A stretch of DNA of 64,000 nt, from assembly GCA_963749235.1 (NCBI GenBank), contig CAVVLV010000001.1:410989-474988 (forward strand), in the 5' to 3' direction. The position numbers and the translations under genes are program-made. This stretch comes from an uncultured Thermoplasmata archaeon (lineage in GTDB: Archaea; Thermoplasmatota; Thermoplasmata; Lutacidiplasmatales; UBA184). The notes beneath the pieces are model-generated. The model was not told where the DNA came from. It searched no databases and saw only the letters and a program-made list of their open reading frames with translations. This document shows positions 10,501 to 18,765 of the stretch, one piece after another; position 1 is the stretch's first letter; each line of letters starts with the position of its first letter.

Positions 10501-10821
10501 GCGAAGTGGCAAGTGGTGATGCCGTTGCACCGCGACCGCCCGTGCGAAGATCCCGCGGGTGGTGAGGTCGGCGAGCGGGCACGCGATCGGCGACCCCGCC
10601 GCGACGCGATGGCGCGTGTTCTCGAGATAGATCAACATCGATTCGAGGTCGGTCGCCTGGGGAGACCCGAGCGCGTATCGGACCCGCCCCGCCGGCTCTC
10701 GGTGGATCTCGAGCCAGAACGGGGCGAGCGAGGTCCAGACCAGCGGTGGCATCTCGGGCGGCTCCTCGGTCGGCGTGGGCAGCAGCAGTTCGCGGTGGAC
10801 ATTTTCAGTGGTGGCGTCCAT
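7573..10821 (-). CDS. HerA/VirB4/TrwB-like (DUF87-type) P-loop ATPase with C-terminal wHTH and PD-(D/E)XK-like domains
   Basis: Walker A GRTQSGKST, Walker B YLVLDEVHNY, GAKFGLHVVVATQ motif; C-terminal EGEEH...TPDG...NVEVECST...RNVKK. Confidence 0.85.
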   Translation of the reverse strand: MDATTENVHRELLLPTPTEEPPEMPPLVWTSLAPFWLEIHREPAGRVRYALGSPQATDLESMLIYLENTRHRVAAGSPIACPLADLTTRGIFARAVAVQRHHHLPLRIPQDADAAGFLLRTLGSQTLQDHDVVLQLLFQRARVWESGLFSARYMSYAERHGRALRAEMDARRAEPAYHVELRAHLMGPQPDQSLIALGAWLEQWTTLGGVPWRTWKVIPRKKEQPFHAAFATHDFARFSNRRGRRDVSATELGHLLSIPWATYHPECSYAGAPRGRAGRESLVSRSPVAPQLPTVRVLRYHPDPEPSPRPQFILGAYDGRHVALPPEWNHAALLGRTQSGKSTLALNLVLQILAKQPDATVVVVEPTGTLVGGIESRLSPEIASETIEIDPAHATFQEDGTTMVSVPLNLLRQPDPVDDEESDTERDRWAEALAGDLLAAIRSAWGEESIGGRAELVLRALVQGLSQTPGSNLVDAYHLLSSKPALQRFIRTAPPGPLRDFLERHLPRLDYQFTMSSLDKVGKIATNPLLRVALCQRSGAVSFDRLLRHRLLLLNLSKSALGAEGANFLGAVYLSQLWAAVQRSGRPDHSVYLVLDEVHNYAIPALADMLSEGAKFGLHVVVATQFLHRVPPRVRAALLGNVDAWLLFSLGVEDMDDAWKIVNGQTHGWTPQDLVDGLRPHEVALAVSGGLVKLTTDPSPPLGPLATENHRTVTESSRRYAQREDSEASPWLVGPEVVQGVMAGLSTGPRTREELEDSTMLPGAQLDGALALAASEGDVEPNEDAGRLRLTSRGQVHLAALEGRRNEGEEHIETLTEFAVFLEKRGIALSVPKQVAGILTPDGQFQWGSATYNVEVECSTVAKAAGQVIRNVKKARAAGHRVLIVLPDRSAVPRTLALVEDGFPGLSLWADGVGLVWKEGRAAFRPFATPGIQVWPFLSGSGAVEAEVADRPPLPVVETDPLVSQVREVVSALLVAGRAESTPQEVLALLRASERGTYSEQQVGTALRSLGLDRRRSRLEGTRFRVYDLRPAGPISDAAVPMGPSHPKSAQPESQGGTEGRASSSPRENGAPGPADTAVPDD
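7582..7715. repeat. Cluster of TGGGAC(AG) direct and inverted repeats
   Basis: TGGGACAGCCGTGTCAG (7582-7598) and TGGGACAGCTGCGTCAG (7699-7715); inverted CTGTCCCA (7647-7654); TGGGAC (7685-7690). Confidence 0.6.
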
Positions 10822-10927
10822 GCTCTCGAGGAGGGAGGGTCGAGGGTGATACGGCCGCCGGCGTTCGCGGAAGATGAACGGAGCCGCCTTTCACAATTCA
10901 CTGGCCAACTTCGCTACTTAGTGTCGA

Positions 10928-11053
10928 GTCCGCTCGCTGACCGCGGTGGCGGCCGAGATGGCGCAGGGAGGCATCCACGTTTCCTCCAAGGCATCGTCCG
11001 AAGCACAGTCCTCGCGGCCGCCATCTCATTTCCCGCGGTTCGGTGGAGCGGAC
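10928..11053. other. Long imperfect intergenic inverted repeat/hairpin
   Basis: GTCCGCTC/GAGCGGAC, CCGCGG/CCGCGG and TGGCGGCCG/CGGCCGCCA arms are nested. Confidence 0.7.
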
Positions 11054-11056
11054 CTG

Positions 11057-11215
11057 ATGGTTTCGCTCCGAGAGCTGAAGGCGATGGTCCAAGGGCTGGA
11101 CGCGTCGAACCCTGTTCGGATCCTCGTCCTGGGCGAGCCCGACGAGATCCCACGTTCCGAGTATGCAGCCAAGGTGCCTGGGTGGTACCGCCTTATCGTG
11201 ACCCCGGCGGATTGA
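11057..11215 (+). CDS. 52-aa hypothetical protein of the integrative element
   Basis: ATG at 11057 preceded by GGTGGAG; protein-like sequence MVSLRELKAMVQGLDASNPVRILVLGEPDEIPRSEY; overlaps integrase 3' end convergently. Confidence 0.55.
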   Translation: MVSLRELKAMVQGLDASNPVRILVLGEPDEIPRSEYAAKVPGWYRLIVTPAD

Positions 11216-12527
11216 GCACGACCTGGTGCCCATTCACGGTCGTGACAACCGTCCACCCCTCATCGAGGTACCGGGGCAGTTCCGTACCTTCCACGAGGCG
11301 TTGGCGTGTCCCGTTCGCATCGGCGTTCTGTCCCATCTTCTTGGTCACGAGTTCCTGGAACGCGCCCACGTCCAAGCTGTCGAAATCCAGCTTGGCGAGC
11401 TCCTTCTCGGTGTATCCCAAGCCCATCAGCATCACCTTGGCCATCTTGGATTGCGCGTCCTGATCGGTGCGCGAAGGGACCGTGGAAAGGAACGGCTCGC
11501 AGCGCCGGTAGGCCGCCCGCATCTCCTCGACCATTGTCGGCTGAAGTTTCTTCGATAGATTGTACCGGCCGCTCACGCCCAGGTCATGCCCGAGGATCGC
11601 CTCGCGGAAGTCCCGCGGGATACGCCCCTTCGCCTCCGCGAGGAGCAGTTGCGTGGAGGCGTAGCTCCGGAGCACGTAGGGCCTCCAGCTGGTGTCGCTC
11701 GGCACCACCTTGTTGATGGCCGTCCGCAGTTCGGCGGTGAGCGCTTTGACCGTCACGAACCCGTTCTCGGTCTGCGTGTCGCGAACTGCGACAAGAGGGG
11801 ATTGTCCCGAGAGAGCTTCCGGGTCCACGGTCGCGCCGCTCCTCCACCGGGGCCGAGTGCGTCGCTCCTTCAGGTAGGCGATGAGGGTCTGAGCAAGCTC
11901 CTCGGAACCGAAGGTCACGTAGGCACGGCGGTTCTTGCTCAGCGCCCCCGGAACCCGGATCAAGAAGGGCAGGGTTCGGAATTCGAGGGTTCGTACGTCC
12001 AGTTCCGGCAGGTCGCCCAGCCGGAGGGCGGTATCGCCGGACCGGTAGACGGAGAACGCGCCCGGCCGAAGTCCCGAGTGAGCCATGAGCAGCGCGGATA
12101 CCTGGCCCCGCAGCGGAAGGGCGCGGAGCAGCCGCCCGAGTTCGTCCTGCGTCGGAACCCGCTCGTTCTCGATCGAGACGCCGCGGATCACGGCGAGTCG
12201 GGGGAAACCGTGGAAATCGACCTCGTGATGTCGGAGGAAGCTGGACACCCCGACGAAGGTCTTCGCGATGTACGTCGTGAGGCGTCCCCGCTTCTGAAGG
12301 TCGCCTGCATACACCACCCATCGCTTCCGAAGGCGGGAGGGATCCGAGCGGGCCTCGGCCAGCAGTTCCGAAGGGCCAAGACCGACCTCATGGAGGCAGA
12401 GGCCCAACTGTCGCAGGTTGACGTCCGCCGTCCTGACGGAACGGAGCTGATTCTCATCGAACCAGCTTCGGATCAGGGGGTCTTCCCGCAGTTTCTGGTG
12501 ATTGAGCCGCGGGGGTTTTCGGGGCAT
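11193..12527 (-). CDS. Tyrosine recombinase/integrase
   Basis: Catalytic motifs SGLRPG (R), LSKN (K), PYVLRSY (x-x-x-R), ILGHD (H), GRYNL (Y); sits 54 bp from the tRNA 3' end. Confidence 0.92.
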   Translation of the reverse strand: MPRKPPRLNHQKLREDPLIRSWFDENQLRSVRTADVNLRQLGLCLHEVGLGPSELLAEARSDPSRLRKRWVVYAGDLQKRGRLTTYIAKTFVGVSSFLRHHEVDFHGFPRLAVIRGVSIENERVPTQDELGRLLRALPLRGQVSALLMAHSGLRPGAFSVYRSGDTALRLGDLPELDVRTLEFRTLPFLIRVPGALSKNRRAYVTFGSEELAQTLIAYLKERRTRPRWRSGATVDPEALSGQSPLVAVRDTQTENGFVTVKALTAELRTAINKVVPSDTSWRPYVLRSYASTQLLLAEAKGRIPRDFREAILGHDLGVSGRYNLSKKLQPTMVEEMRAAYRRCEPFLSTVPSRTDQDAQSKMAKVMLMGLGYTEKELAKLDFDSLDVGAFQELVTKKMGQNADANGTRQRLVEGTELPRYLDEGWTVVTTVNGHQVVLNPPGSR

Positions 12528-12548
12528 GAGTGGGCACCCCTATTCCTC

Positions 12549-12560
12549 CCTATAAAGAAT
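12549..12560 (-). promoter_or_regulatory. TATA box of the integrase gene
   Basis: CTTTATAG on minus strand about 25 bp upstream of ATG 12527. Confidence 0.55.
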
Positions 12561-12581
12561 CCAACGCCCCGAAATTTGGGA

Positions 12582-12688
12582 CGCCCGTGCTGGGATTCGA
12601 ACCCAGGTCTGAGGCTCCGCAGGCCTCTAGGATAATCCATTGCAGCAGGTCGGGGGAAGACCCCGGCCCGTAGCTACCCCACACGGGC
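12582..12688 (-). tRNA. tRNA-Arg(GCG) with 32-nt D-loop intron (12640-12671)
   Basis: Acceptor GCCCGTG/CACGGGC, anticodon arm GAGGC-CTGCGGA-GCCTC, T arm CTGGG-TTCGAAT-CCCAG; removing the intron restores D-loop AGCTTGGATTA. Confidence 0.95.
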
Positions 12689-12822
12689 AATCGGTTGGGA
12701 CGATGTCCCGGCGGCGGCGAGCGGGGTCGGCTATAAAAGCCCGGGGACGCGCGCTACGATGGGCGCGCCACACTTTATAGCGCGCCTCTCTCCCCGATTC
12801 ATCCGGCACCCGGATTCGCTCG

Positions 12823-14139
12823 ATGGGGGACGAAAAGGGGAAGGACCCGTGGCCCGAACTGCGCCTATTGCCGATGGGTCGGCGCATCCAGTTGGAGGAC
12901 GGCCACGGAGGGACCTGGGTTGGCACCGTCGTTCCCAATCATGGGTTTACGGCCGACCGGATCCTTCAACTTAAACTGGCGAACGGCTACAACGTCGGGC
13001 TGCGGATCGGGTCCAGCGCCCGATTCCATGTGCTGCCGGACGTCTCCCGGGATGCGCGCGCCGCGCCCGCAACGCCGGCCGCCCGGCGCGGGCGCGAAGG
13101 GGAGCCGTGGGTCGCGTTGCTGACGACCGGAGGGACGATCGCGTCCCGGGTCGACTACGAAACCGGAGGGGTCCGCCCGGTCAAGGGAGAGGACGAAATC
13201 CTCGCCTTCTATCCGGAGCTCGAACGGTCGGGACCGGTGCGAATCCTCCCCGTGTTCGATCGACTGAGCGAGGATCTCCGGCCCGACGATTGGATCGTGC
13301 TCGGTGAGAAGGTCGTCACCGCGTTTAAGGACGGGGCCGTCGGAGTGGTCATCGCTCACGGGACGGACACGCTCGCGTACACTGCGGCTGCCCTCAGCTT
13401 CCTCTTGGTCGACCTCCCCGGGCCGGTTGCCCTCGTGGGTGCTCAGCGATCTCCCGACCGGCCTTCCTCGGATGGCCCCTCTAACCTCCAGGCCGCGGTC
13501 CAGGTGGCACGGGAAGCGCCGCTCGGTGAGGTGGTCGCCGTGATGCATTCCGGCCTCTCGGATACGAGCTTCGCGATCCATCGGGGCACTTGGGTTCGCA
13601 AGATGCACTCGAGCCGTAGGGATGCGTTCGAGACCCGCAACGGACCCCTGCTCGGGAAGGTCGAAGGAGGCCGCGTCACGGTGGCCGAGTTCGGTCGCCC
13701 CCGGACGCCCGGCCCGGCCCGTTTGGATGGCCCGATCGACCCGCGGGCGGCCCTCCTCTGGTTTTATCCGGGGCTGCATCCGACTTATGCGCAGCTCCTC
13801 GTCCGGGAGTTGCGCGGGATCGTCCTCGCCGGTACCGGTCTCGGCCACGTTGGGGCCGATCACCTCGAGTGGATCCGAGCCGCGACCGCCGCGGGCAAGG
13901 TGGTCGCGATGACGACCCAGTGCCTCGCCGGTCGAGCCGACCCGTACGTGTATGCCACTGGCCGCGAGCTCCACCATGCCGGGGTGGTTTACCTCGACGA
14001 CCTCCTGCCCGAGACGGCGTACACGAAGATGCTCTGGGCGCTCGGCCATTCCGATACTCCGGCCGGGGTCGTGGAGCGATTGAAGACCCCGCGGGCGGGA
14101 GAGTTCCTCGACCGTCACACAGGAGGGCCGCCGACATGA
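12823..14139 (+). CDS. gatD: Glu-tRNA(Gln) amidotransferase subunit D
   Basis: LKLANGYNVG, TGGTIASRVDYETG, HGTDTL, RKMHSSRRDAF motifs. Confidence 0.97.
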   Translation: MGDEKGKDPWPELRLLPMGRRIQLEDGHGGTWVGTVVPNHGFTADRILQLKLANGYNVGLRIGSSARFHVLPDVSRDARAAPATPAARRGREGEPWVALLTTGGTIASRVDYETGGVRPVKGEDEILAFYPELERSGPVRILPVFDRLSEDLRPDDWIVLGEKVVTAFKDGAVGVVIAHGTDTLAYTAAALSFLLVDLPGPVALVGAQRSPDRPSSDGPSNLQAAVQVAREAPLGEVVAVMHSGLSDTSFAIHRGTWVRKMHSSRRDAFETRNGPLLGKVEGGRVTVAEFGRPRTPGPARLDGPIDPRAALLWFYPGLHPTYAQLLVRELRGIVLAGTGLGHVGADHLEWIRAATAAGKVVAMTTQCLAGRADPYVYATGRELHHAGVVYLDDLLPETAYTKMLWALGHSDTPAGVVERLKTPRAGEFLDRHTGGPPT

Positions 14140-16012
14140 AGGCCGGCCTCGAAGTGCACCAGCAGCTCTCGACCGGCAAGCTGTTCTGTGCGTGTCCGAC
14201 CGAACTTTCCGAGGAAGTCACGCGGACGTTCGTCCGCTCTCTCCGGGCGGCCGGCGGCGAGAATCGTTCCGTTGACGCCGCAGCCGCCCTCCAAGCCGCG
14301 CGCGGCTTCCAGTATCGATACGAGGTCGTCCCACCATGCTGTCACGTCGAGATGGACGAGGAGCCTCCGCACCCGCTCGACCCGCCCGCCCTGGAGGCGG
14401 CGCTCCTGCTCGCCCTCATGGTGGGAGCGCGTCCCGTCGATGAGGTCGAGGTCATGCGGAAGATCGTGGTCGACGGCTCTACGACTTCCGGTTTCCAGCG
14501 AACGGCGTTGGTGGCCACGGGGGGCCACATCGAGGTGAACGGACGTACTCACCGCATCGACTCGATCTGTCTCGAGGAGGACGCCGCCCGCCGGATGGGG
14601 GAATCGCCCGACGGGGTCACGTACCGGCTCGATCGGCTCGGGATCCCGCTCATCGAAGTCGCAACGGGACCGGACATCACGAGCGGGGCCGAGGCCCGTG
14701 AGGTCGCCGCCGAGATCGGTTCGCTCCTGCGCGCGACCGGGAGGGTCCGCCGGGGGATCGGCACGATACGGGAAGACCTCAATGTCTCCACCGAAGGAGG
14801 TCGACGGATCGAGATCAAAGGGGTCCAAGAGCTCCGAAAGATCCAGGACTACGTCGATCGGGAGGTCGACCGCCAGGGAGTGCTGCTGGGGGTTCGGGAC
14901 GAGCTCGTCCGTCGCGGGGGCCTCCGTTCCGGACGACCCTCCGCGCGACGTAACGGCCCTGTTCACGGAGATCCACTACGGACCGATGGCGGAGGTCCAT
15001 CGAACCGGCGGCGTCGCCCTCGCGCTCGTCCTGCGAGGATTTCACGGCCTTCTCGCGTCCCCCGCCGGCACCGAGGAGCGACTCGGAAGGGAGCTCGCGA
15101 GCTACGCGAGAGCGGTGGGCCTGGGCGGTTTGCTCCACTCGGACGAGCTACCCGGCCATGGGATCGAAGAGGGGCTCCTGCGCGAGATGCGCCCGGCCCT
15201 CGGTCTGGGGGAGCTCGATGCGTTCGTTCTCGTGTCCGCCCCGTCCCGAGAAAAGGCTCTTCGGGCGCTCGAGCGGGTCGCGACGCGAGCCCGTGCCGCG
15301 ATCGAGGGGATACCCGAGGAAACGCGCGACCCACTTCCCGACGGTCGGACCCGGTTCTCCCGCCCTCTCCCGGGCCGGGATCGGATGTATCCCGAGACCG
15401 ACGTGCCCTCCGGTCGAGGTCACGAGCGAACTCCTCACGAGGCTCGGCGGCGACCTTCCCGAGCGGCCCTCGACACGACGGGAGCGATTGGCGCGCCAGT
15501 ACGAACTTCCGATGGAGCTCATCCGGCAACTGGACAGTACCGAGAGCCTCGAGGAGTTCGAAGCCCTTGTCCAGCGGGGTCACCCCTCGGGTCTGGTGGC
15601 CCGTCTCCTGACCCAGGACGTCCCCGCGGCGCTCGGCGACCGTCCGGATGCCGCCCCGTTCGCGCTCGACCTCCTCGACTCCGTTCTCGCGGCGGCCGCG
15701 TCGGGCCGCTTCTCGAAGGAGGGGATCCCGGCGGTGTTGGCCGCGCTCGTCGCCGGGGCGCAGTCGGTCGATGCCGCCGTCGATCGCGCGGGGTTTTCGA
15801 CCCCTCCGGGCGAGGACCTCGATTCGATCGTGGATCGGGTTGTCCGTGCGAACGCTCTCCTGGTCCAGGAGCGGGGCGAGGCCGCGCTGTCTCCCCTCAT
15901 GGGGGACGTCATGCGGGAAGTACGCGGCAAGCGCGACGGTCGTGAGGTGGCCGAATCCTTGCGGCGCGCGATCGCGCGACTCCGAAGCGGGGATCCGGCG
16001 TCGTCTCCGTAG
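14136..16012 (+). CDS. gatE: Glu-tRNA(Gln) amidotransferase subunit E (frameshifts near 14920 and 15410)
   Basis: MKAGLEVHQQL, RKIVVDGSTTSGFQRT, RPLPGRDRMYPETD, LMGDVMREVRGK spread across three frames; ATGA overlap with gatD. Confidence 0.95.
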
Positions 16013-16019
16013 GAGCGTC

Positions 16020-16754
16020 ATGGTACCCCCTTCGCGTCGGCGTGCGCTCCCCCGTCCGCGTCGCGCATACCGAGTGGTCGTGACCGACGTCGACGGGACC
16101 CTGACCGACGCGTCGCGCCGATTGGATCCGGGGGCGGTCGCGGCGATACGCTCGCTCGAGGACCGCGGCATCCCGGTGGTGCTGGCGACCGGGAACGTCC
16201 TCCCCATCGCTCTCGCGCTGCACCGCTCGCTGGGACTCTCCGGCCCGATCGTCGCCGAGAACGGAGGTCTGGTCTGGACTTCGGGACCGAACGGCGAGAA
16301 CCGGATCGAGCGGCTGGCCAACCCGGCTCTCGCCCGCTCGGCGTTCCGGATCCTCGTGCGGGCCGGTCTTCCGGTACGGCGCCTCTTCACCGATCGATGG
16401 CGCGAGAGCGAAGTGGCCCTGGAGGCGAACGTTTCGGTGGCCCGCATCCGCCGCGCGCTCGCGGGACGCCCGGTCCACGTGGAAGCCACCGGGTATGCGA
16501 TCCACTTGATGGAGTCCGGTGCGGGCAAACGCCCTGCGCTGGACCGGGTCTTCGCCGGACTCGGGATCGGCTGGTCCGAAGCGATCGTTCTCGGGGACGG
16601 CGACAACGACGTCGAGATGCTGCGGGCCGCGGGGTTCGGCGTGAGCTTTCCGTCGGCCAGCCCCCGGGCCCGCGCCGCCGCCCGGTACGTGACCCGCCGG
16701 GCGTACGCGGCGGGATTTGTCGAAGGCCTTAAAACGAGCGGAGTTCTCGACTGA
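16020..16754 (+). CDS. HAD-superfamily (Cof/SPP-like) phosphoglycolate phosphatase
   Basis: DVDGTLTD, LATGN, AENGG, GDGDND motifs. Confidence 0.9.
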   Translation: MVPPSRRRALPRPRRAYRVVVTDVDGTLTDASRRLDPGAVAAIRSLEDRGIPVVLATGNVLPIALALHRSLGLSGPIVAENGGLVWTSGPNGENRIERLANPALARSAFRILVRAGLPVRRLFTDRWRESEVALEANVSVARIRRALAGRPVHVEATGYAIHLMESGAGKRPALDRVFAGLGIGWSEAIVLGDGDNDVEMLRAAGFGVSFPSASPRARAAARYVTRRAYAAGFVEGLKTSGVLD

Positions 16755-16779
16755 CCGGTCTCCACGGGAGAGACCCGCG

Positions 16780-16992
16780 ATGTTCGTCGGTCAGTGCGCG
16801 CGGTGCGGGATTCCGGCCACGCTCGGGTGTACGATCTGCGGGCGGACGTTCTGCCGCGGCTGTCTCGACGCCGACGAGCGACTCTGTTCGGATTGTCTGC
16901 AGTCCCAGCGCCAGACCAAGAACCCTGTCGAAGCCCGGGCGCCGCCCTCCCGTCGGATCGTCCGGCCGCCCAGCGCCCCCGGTCGGGTCTAG
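16780..16992 (+). CDS. Small 8-Cys zinc-finger protein
   Basis: CARC..CTIC..CRGC..CSDC; GGGAG upstream of ATG. Confidence 0.75.
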   Translation: MFVGQCARCGIPATLGCTICGRTFCRGCLDADERLCSDCLQSQRQTKNPVEARAPPSRRIVRPPSAPGRV

Positions 16993-17307
16993 GTACTCGA
17001 CGCCGGGGAGTACCAGGGGACCGCCCGGGGTGGCGCGGCCGACCCCGAGAAGGACGACCCCCATCGCTCCGGTCACGAGACCGAAGCCGAGGACCGCCCA
17101 CGCATACTCGCCGAAATTGGGACCGATATGGACGCCGAACACCGTGGCGGGCGAGGTCCGCGCGGCCCAATGGAGCGCTACGTTGACGACCACGCCGAAG
17201 ACCCATCCCATGGCGATGAGGATCCCACCGGCAACGAAGTACCCTGCGCGCTCGTCCCCGCCCGGGTTCTCCGGCGGGGTGGCGGGGGCCTCTTGCAGGT
17301 CGTCCAC
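16989..17307 (-). CDS. Small two-TM membrane protein (probably ends near 16990; ORF runs on to 16729 as sequenced)
   Basis: Two hydrophobic helices; removing one base after PGVEY gives a TAG and avoids overlap with the zinc-finger gene. Confidence 0.6.
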
Positions 17308-17429
17308 GAGGGCGCGACCGGGCCGGCCGATTATGAGGTTTTGGGAAGGCGCTGCGGCGTGGGGGGGCCGGGCAGCGCGGGGTGGTCGGACGCTTTATTT
17401 CGGACGCCCCCGTCCTCCGGACGTCGCTC

Positions 17430-18005
17430 ATGACGCCGCCCGATCCCCCCCGGGAAGTGACGTACCGCGCTGCCACCCTTGCGGACGCCGCGCGGCTCGC
17501 CGACGTCCATCTCCGCTCGGTGCTGGTCGCCGACCGCGGCGTCTCCTCCGAGGACCAGCTCGCGCGTCTCTCCGAGCAATTGGTCGAGCGCGAAGGGCGA
17601 TGGCGCGAGCAGCTCGCCGCACGTCCGGAGGAGCCCGTGCTGGTGGCGGAGCAACCGCCCCTCGGGATCATCGGCTATGCGGTCGGCGCCGCCACCCGCA
17701 AGCCGAGCTTCGGATACGATGGTGAGCTCGTCTCGATCTACCTGCTCCCCGAGTTCCAGCACCGGGGGATCGGACGGGAGCTCGTGCGCCGAATGGTTCG
17801 GACCCTCTATGAACGGGGGTTCGAGCGAGTGCTCGTCCGGGTGCTCACGGCGAACTCGGCTCGTCACTTCTACGAGCGACTCGCGGCGTACCCGATCGGG
17901 GTGACGAAAGTGACCGTCGGAGAGCTGGAACTCGAGGAGAGCCTCTACGGATGGCCGGATGCCGCCCGGGCGTTCGAGGCGAAATCGAGCCCGACCGGCG
18001 TCTAG
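17430..18005 (+). CDS. GNAT-family N-acetyltransferase
   Basis: ELVSIYLLPEFQHRGIGREL and N-x-ARHFYERL motifs. Confidence 0.9.
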   Translation: MTPPDPPREVTYRAATLADAARLADVHLRSVLVADRGVSSEDQLARLSEQLVEREGRWREQLAARPEEPVLVAEQPPLGIIGYAVGAATRKPSFGYDGELVSIYLLPEFQHRGIGRELVRRMVRTLYERGFERVLVRVLTANSARHFYERLAAYPIGVTKVTVGELELEESLYGWPDAARAFEAKSSPTGV

Positions 18006-18301
18006 CCGAAACCGGTGATCGCCTTGGGGTCGCGGGGACCGCCGGGCCGCATCGGCGCCTTGCGAAGCTCCTTCGGGCACTCGACGAGCCGTACGAGCGG
18101 GGCGGACTGCACGATGTACGCCGGGAGCCCCGTGTTCGGGTCGTTCCCCGCGCGCAGGATGTTCATGATCTCGAGACGGATCTCCACGATCGACCCGTCC
18201 TTCAACTTCAAGCGGACCCGACCGTCCCCCTCCAGCACGCTGTAGTCGACGATCTCGGCGTTCGCGAGGTCCGGCGGAGGACCGCCGGGGTTGCCCATCA
18301 T
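18002..18301 (-). CDS. Hypothetical protein translationally coupled to rpl11
   Basis: 99 aa; ATGA overlap with rpl11 stop; beta-rich KLKDGSIVEIRL...DPNTGLPAYIVQS. Confidence 0.75.
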   Translation of the reverse strand: MMGNPGGPPPDLANAEIVDYSVLEGDGRVRLKLKDGSIVEIRLEIMNILRAGNDPNTGLPAYIVQSAPLVRLVECPKELRKAPMRPGGPRDPKAITGFG

Positions 18302-18765
18302 CGAGCGCCCCGAGCCGCGATACGCTCCTTGAGCAGCGTTCGCGGGTCTTGGCCGCCGACCGTGATGCCGAGGGAGACGCAGCTGCCGATCACCTGATTG
18401 GCCCGCTCCTCGTCCGTGCGGCCCTCGAGGTCGTCCCCCTTCGCTTCCGCGATCCGCTTGATGGCGGCGAGCGAGACGTCCCCGATGGTCTCGGTCTTCG
18501 GCTTGCCCGAGCCCTTCTCCTTCTTGGCCTCCTTCAACAGGAGGGCCGCCACGGGGGGCCGACCGACGACGAGCGTGAACGCGCGAGTGTTCGGGTCGAC
18601 CCGGATGATCACCGGCACGCGCATGCCGGCGAACTGCTTGGTCTCCTCGTTGATCTTCGTGACGACCTGGCCGACGTTGACGCCGAGCGGGCCCAAGGCC
18701 GAGCCCAGCGTCGCTCCGGCCGCCGCCTTGCCGCCTTCCACCAGGACGCTGACCTCAACTGCCAC
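18298..18765 (-). CDS. rpl11: 50S ribosomal protein L11 (uL11)
   Basis: LVEGGKA..LGPLGVNVGQVV..INEETKQFAGMRVPV; operon position after spt5. Confidence 0.97.
   Translation of the reverse strand: MAVEVSVLVEGGKAAAGATLGSALGPLGVNVGQVVTKINEETKQFAGMRVPVIIRVDPNTRAFTLVVGRPPVAALLLKEAKKEKGSGKPKTETIGDVSLAAIKRIAEAKGDDLEGRTDEERANQVIGSCVSLGITVGGQDPRTLLKERIAARGAR

Larger units (their letters stand above)
1..12581. mobile_element. Putative integrative element/genomic island inserted at tRNA-Arg(GCG); distal boundary not seen
   Basis: Integrase abutting tRNA 3' end, transfer-type ATPase, IS, cargo visibly less GC-rich than the core genes; no duplicated att copy spotted in the window. Confidence 0.7.

Noticed and set aside
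1..12527. Second att site duplicating the tRNA-Arg 3' end
   Set aside because: Not found by eye in the window; probably further upstream or eroded
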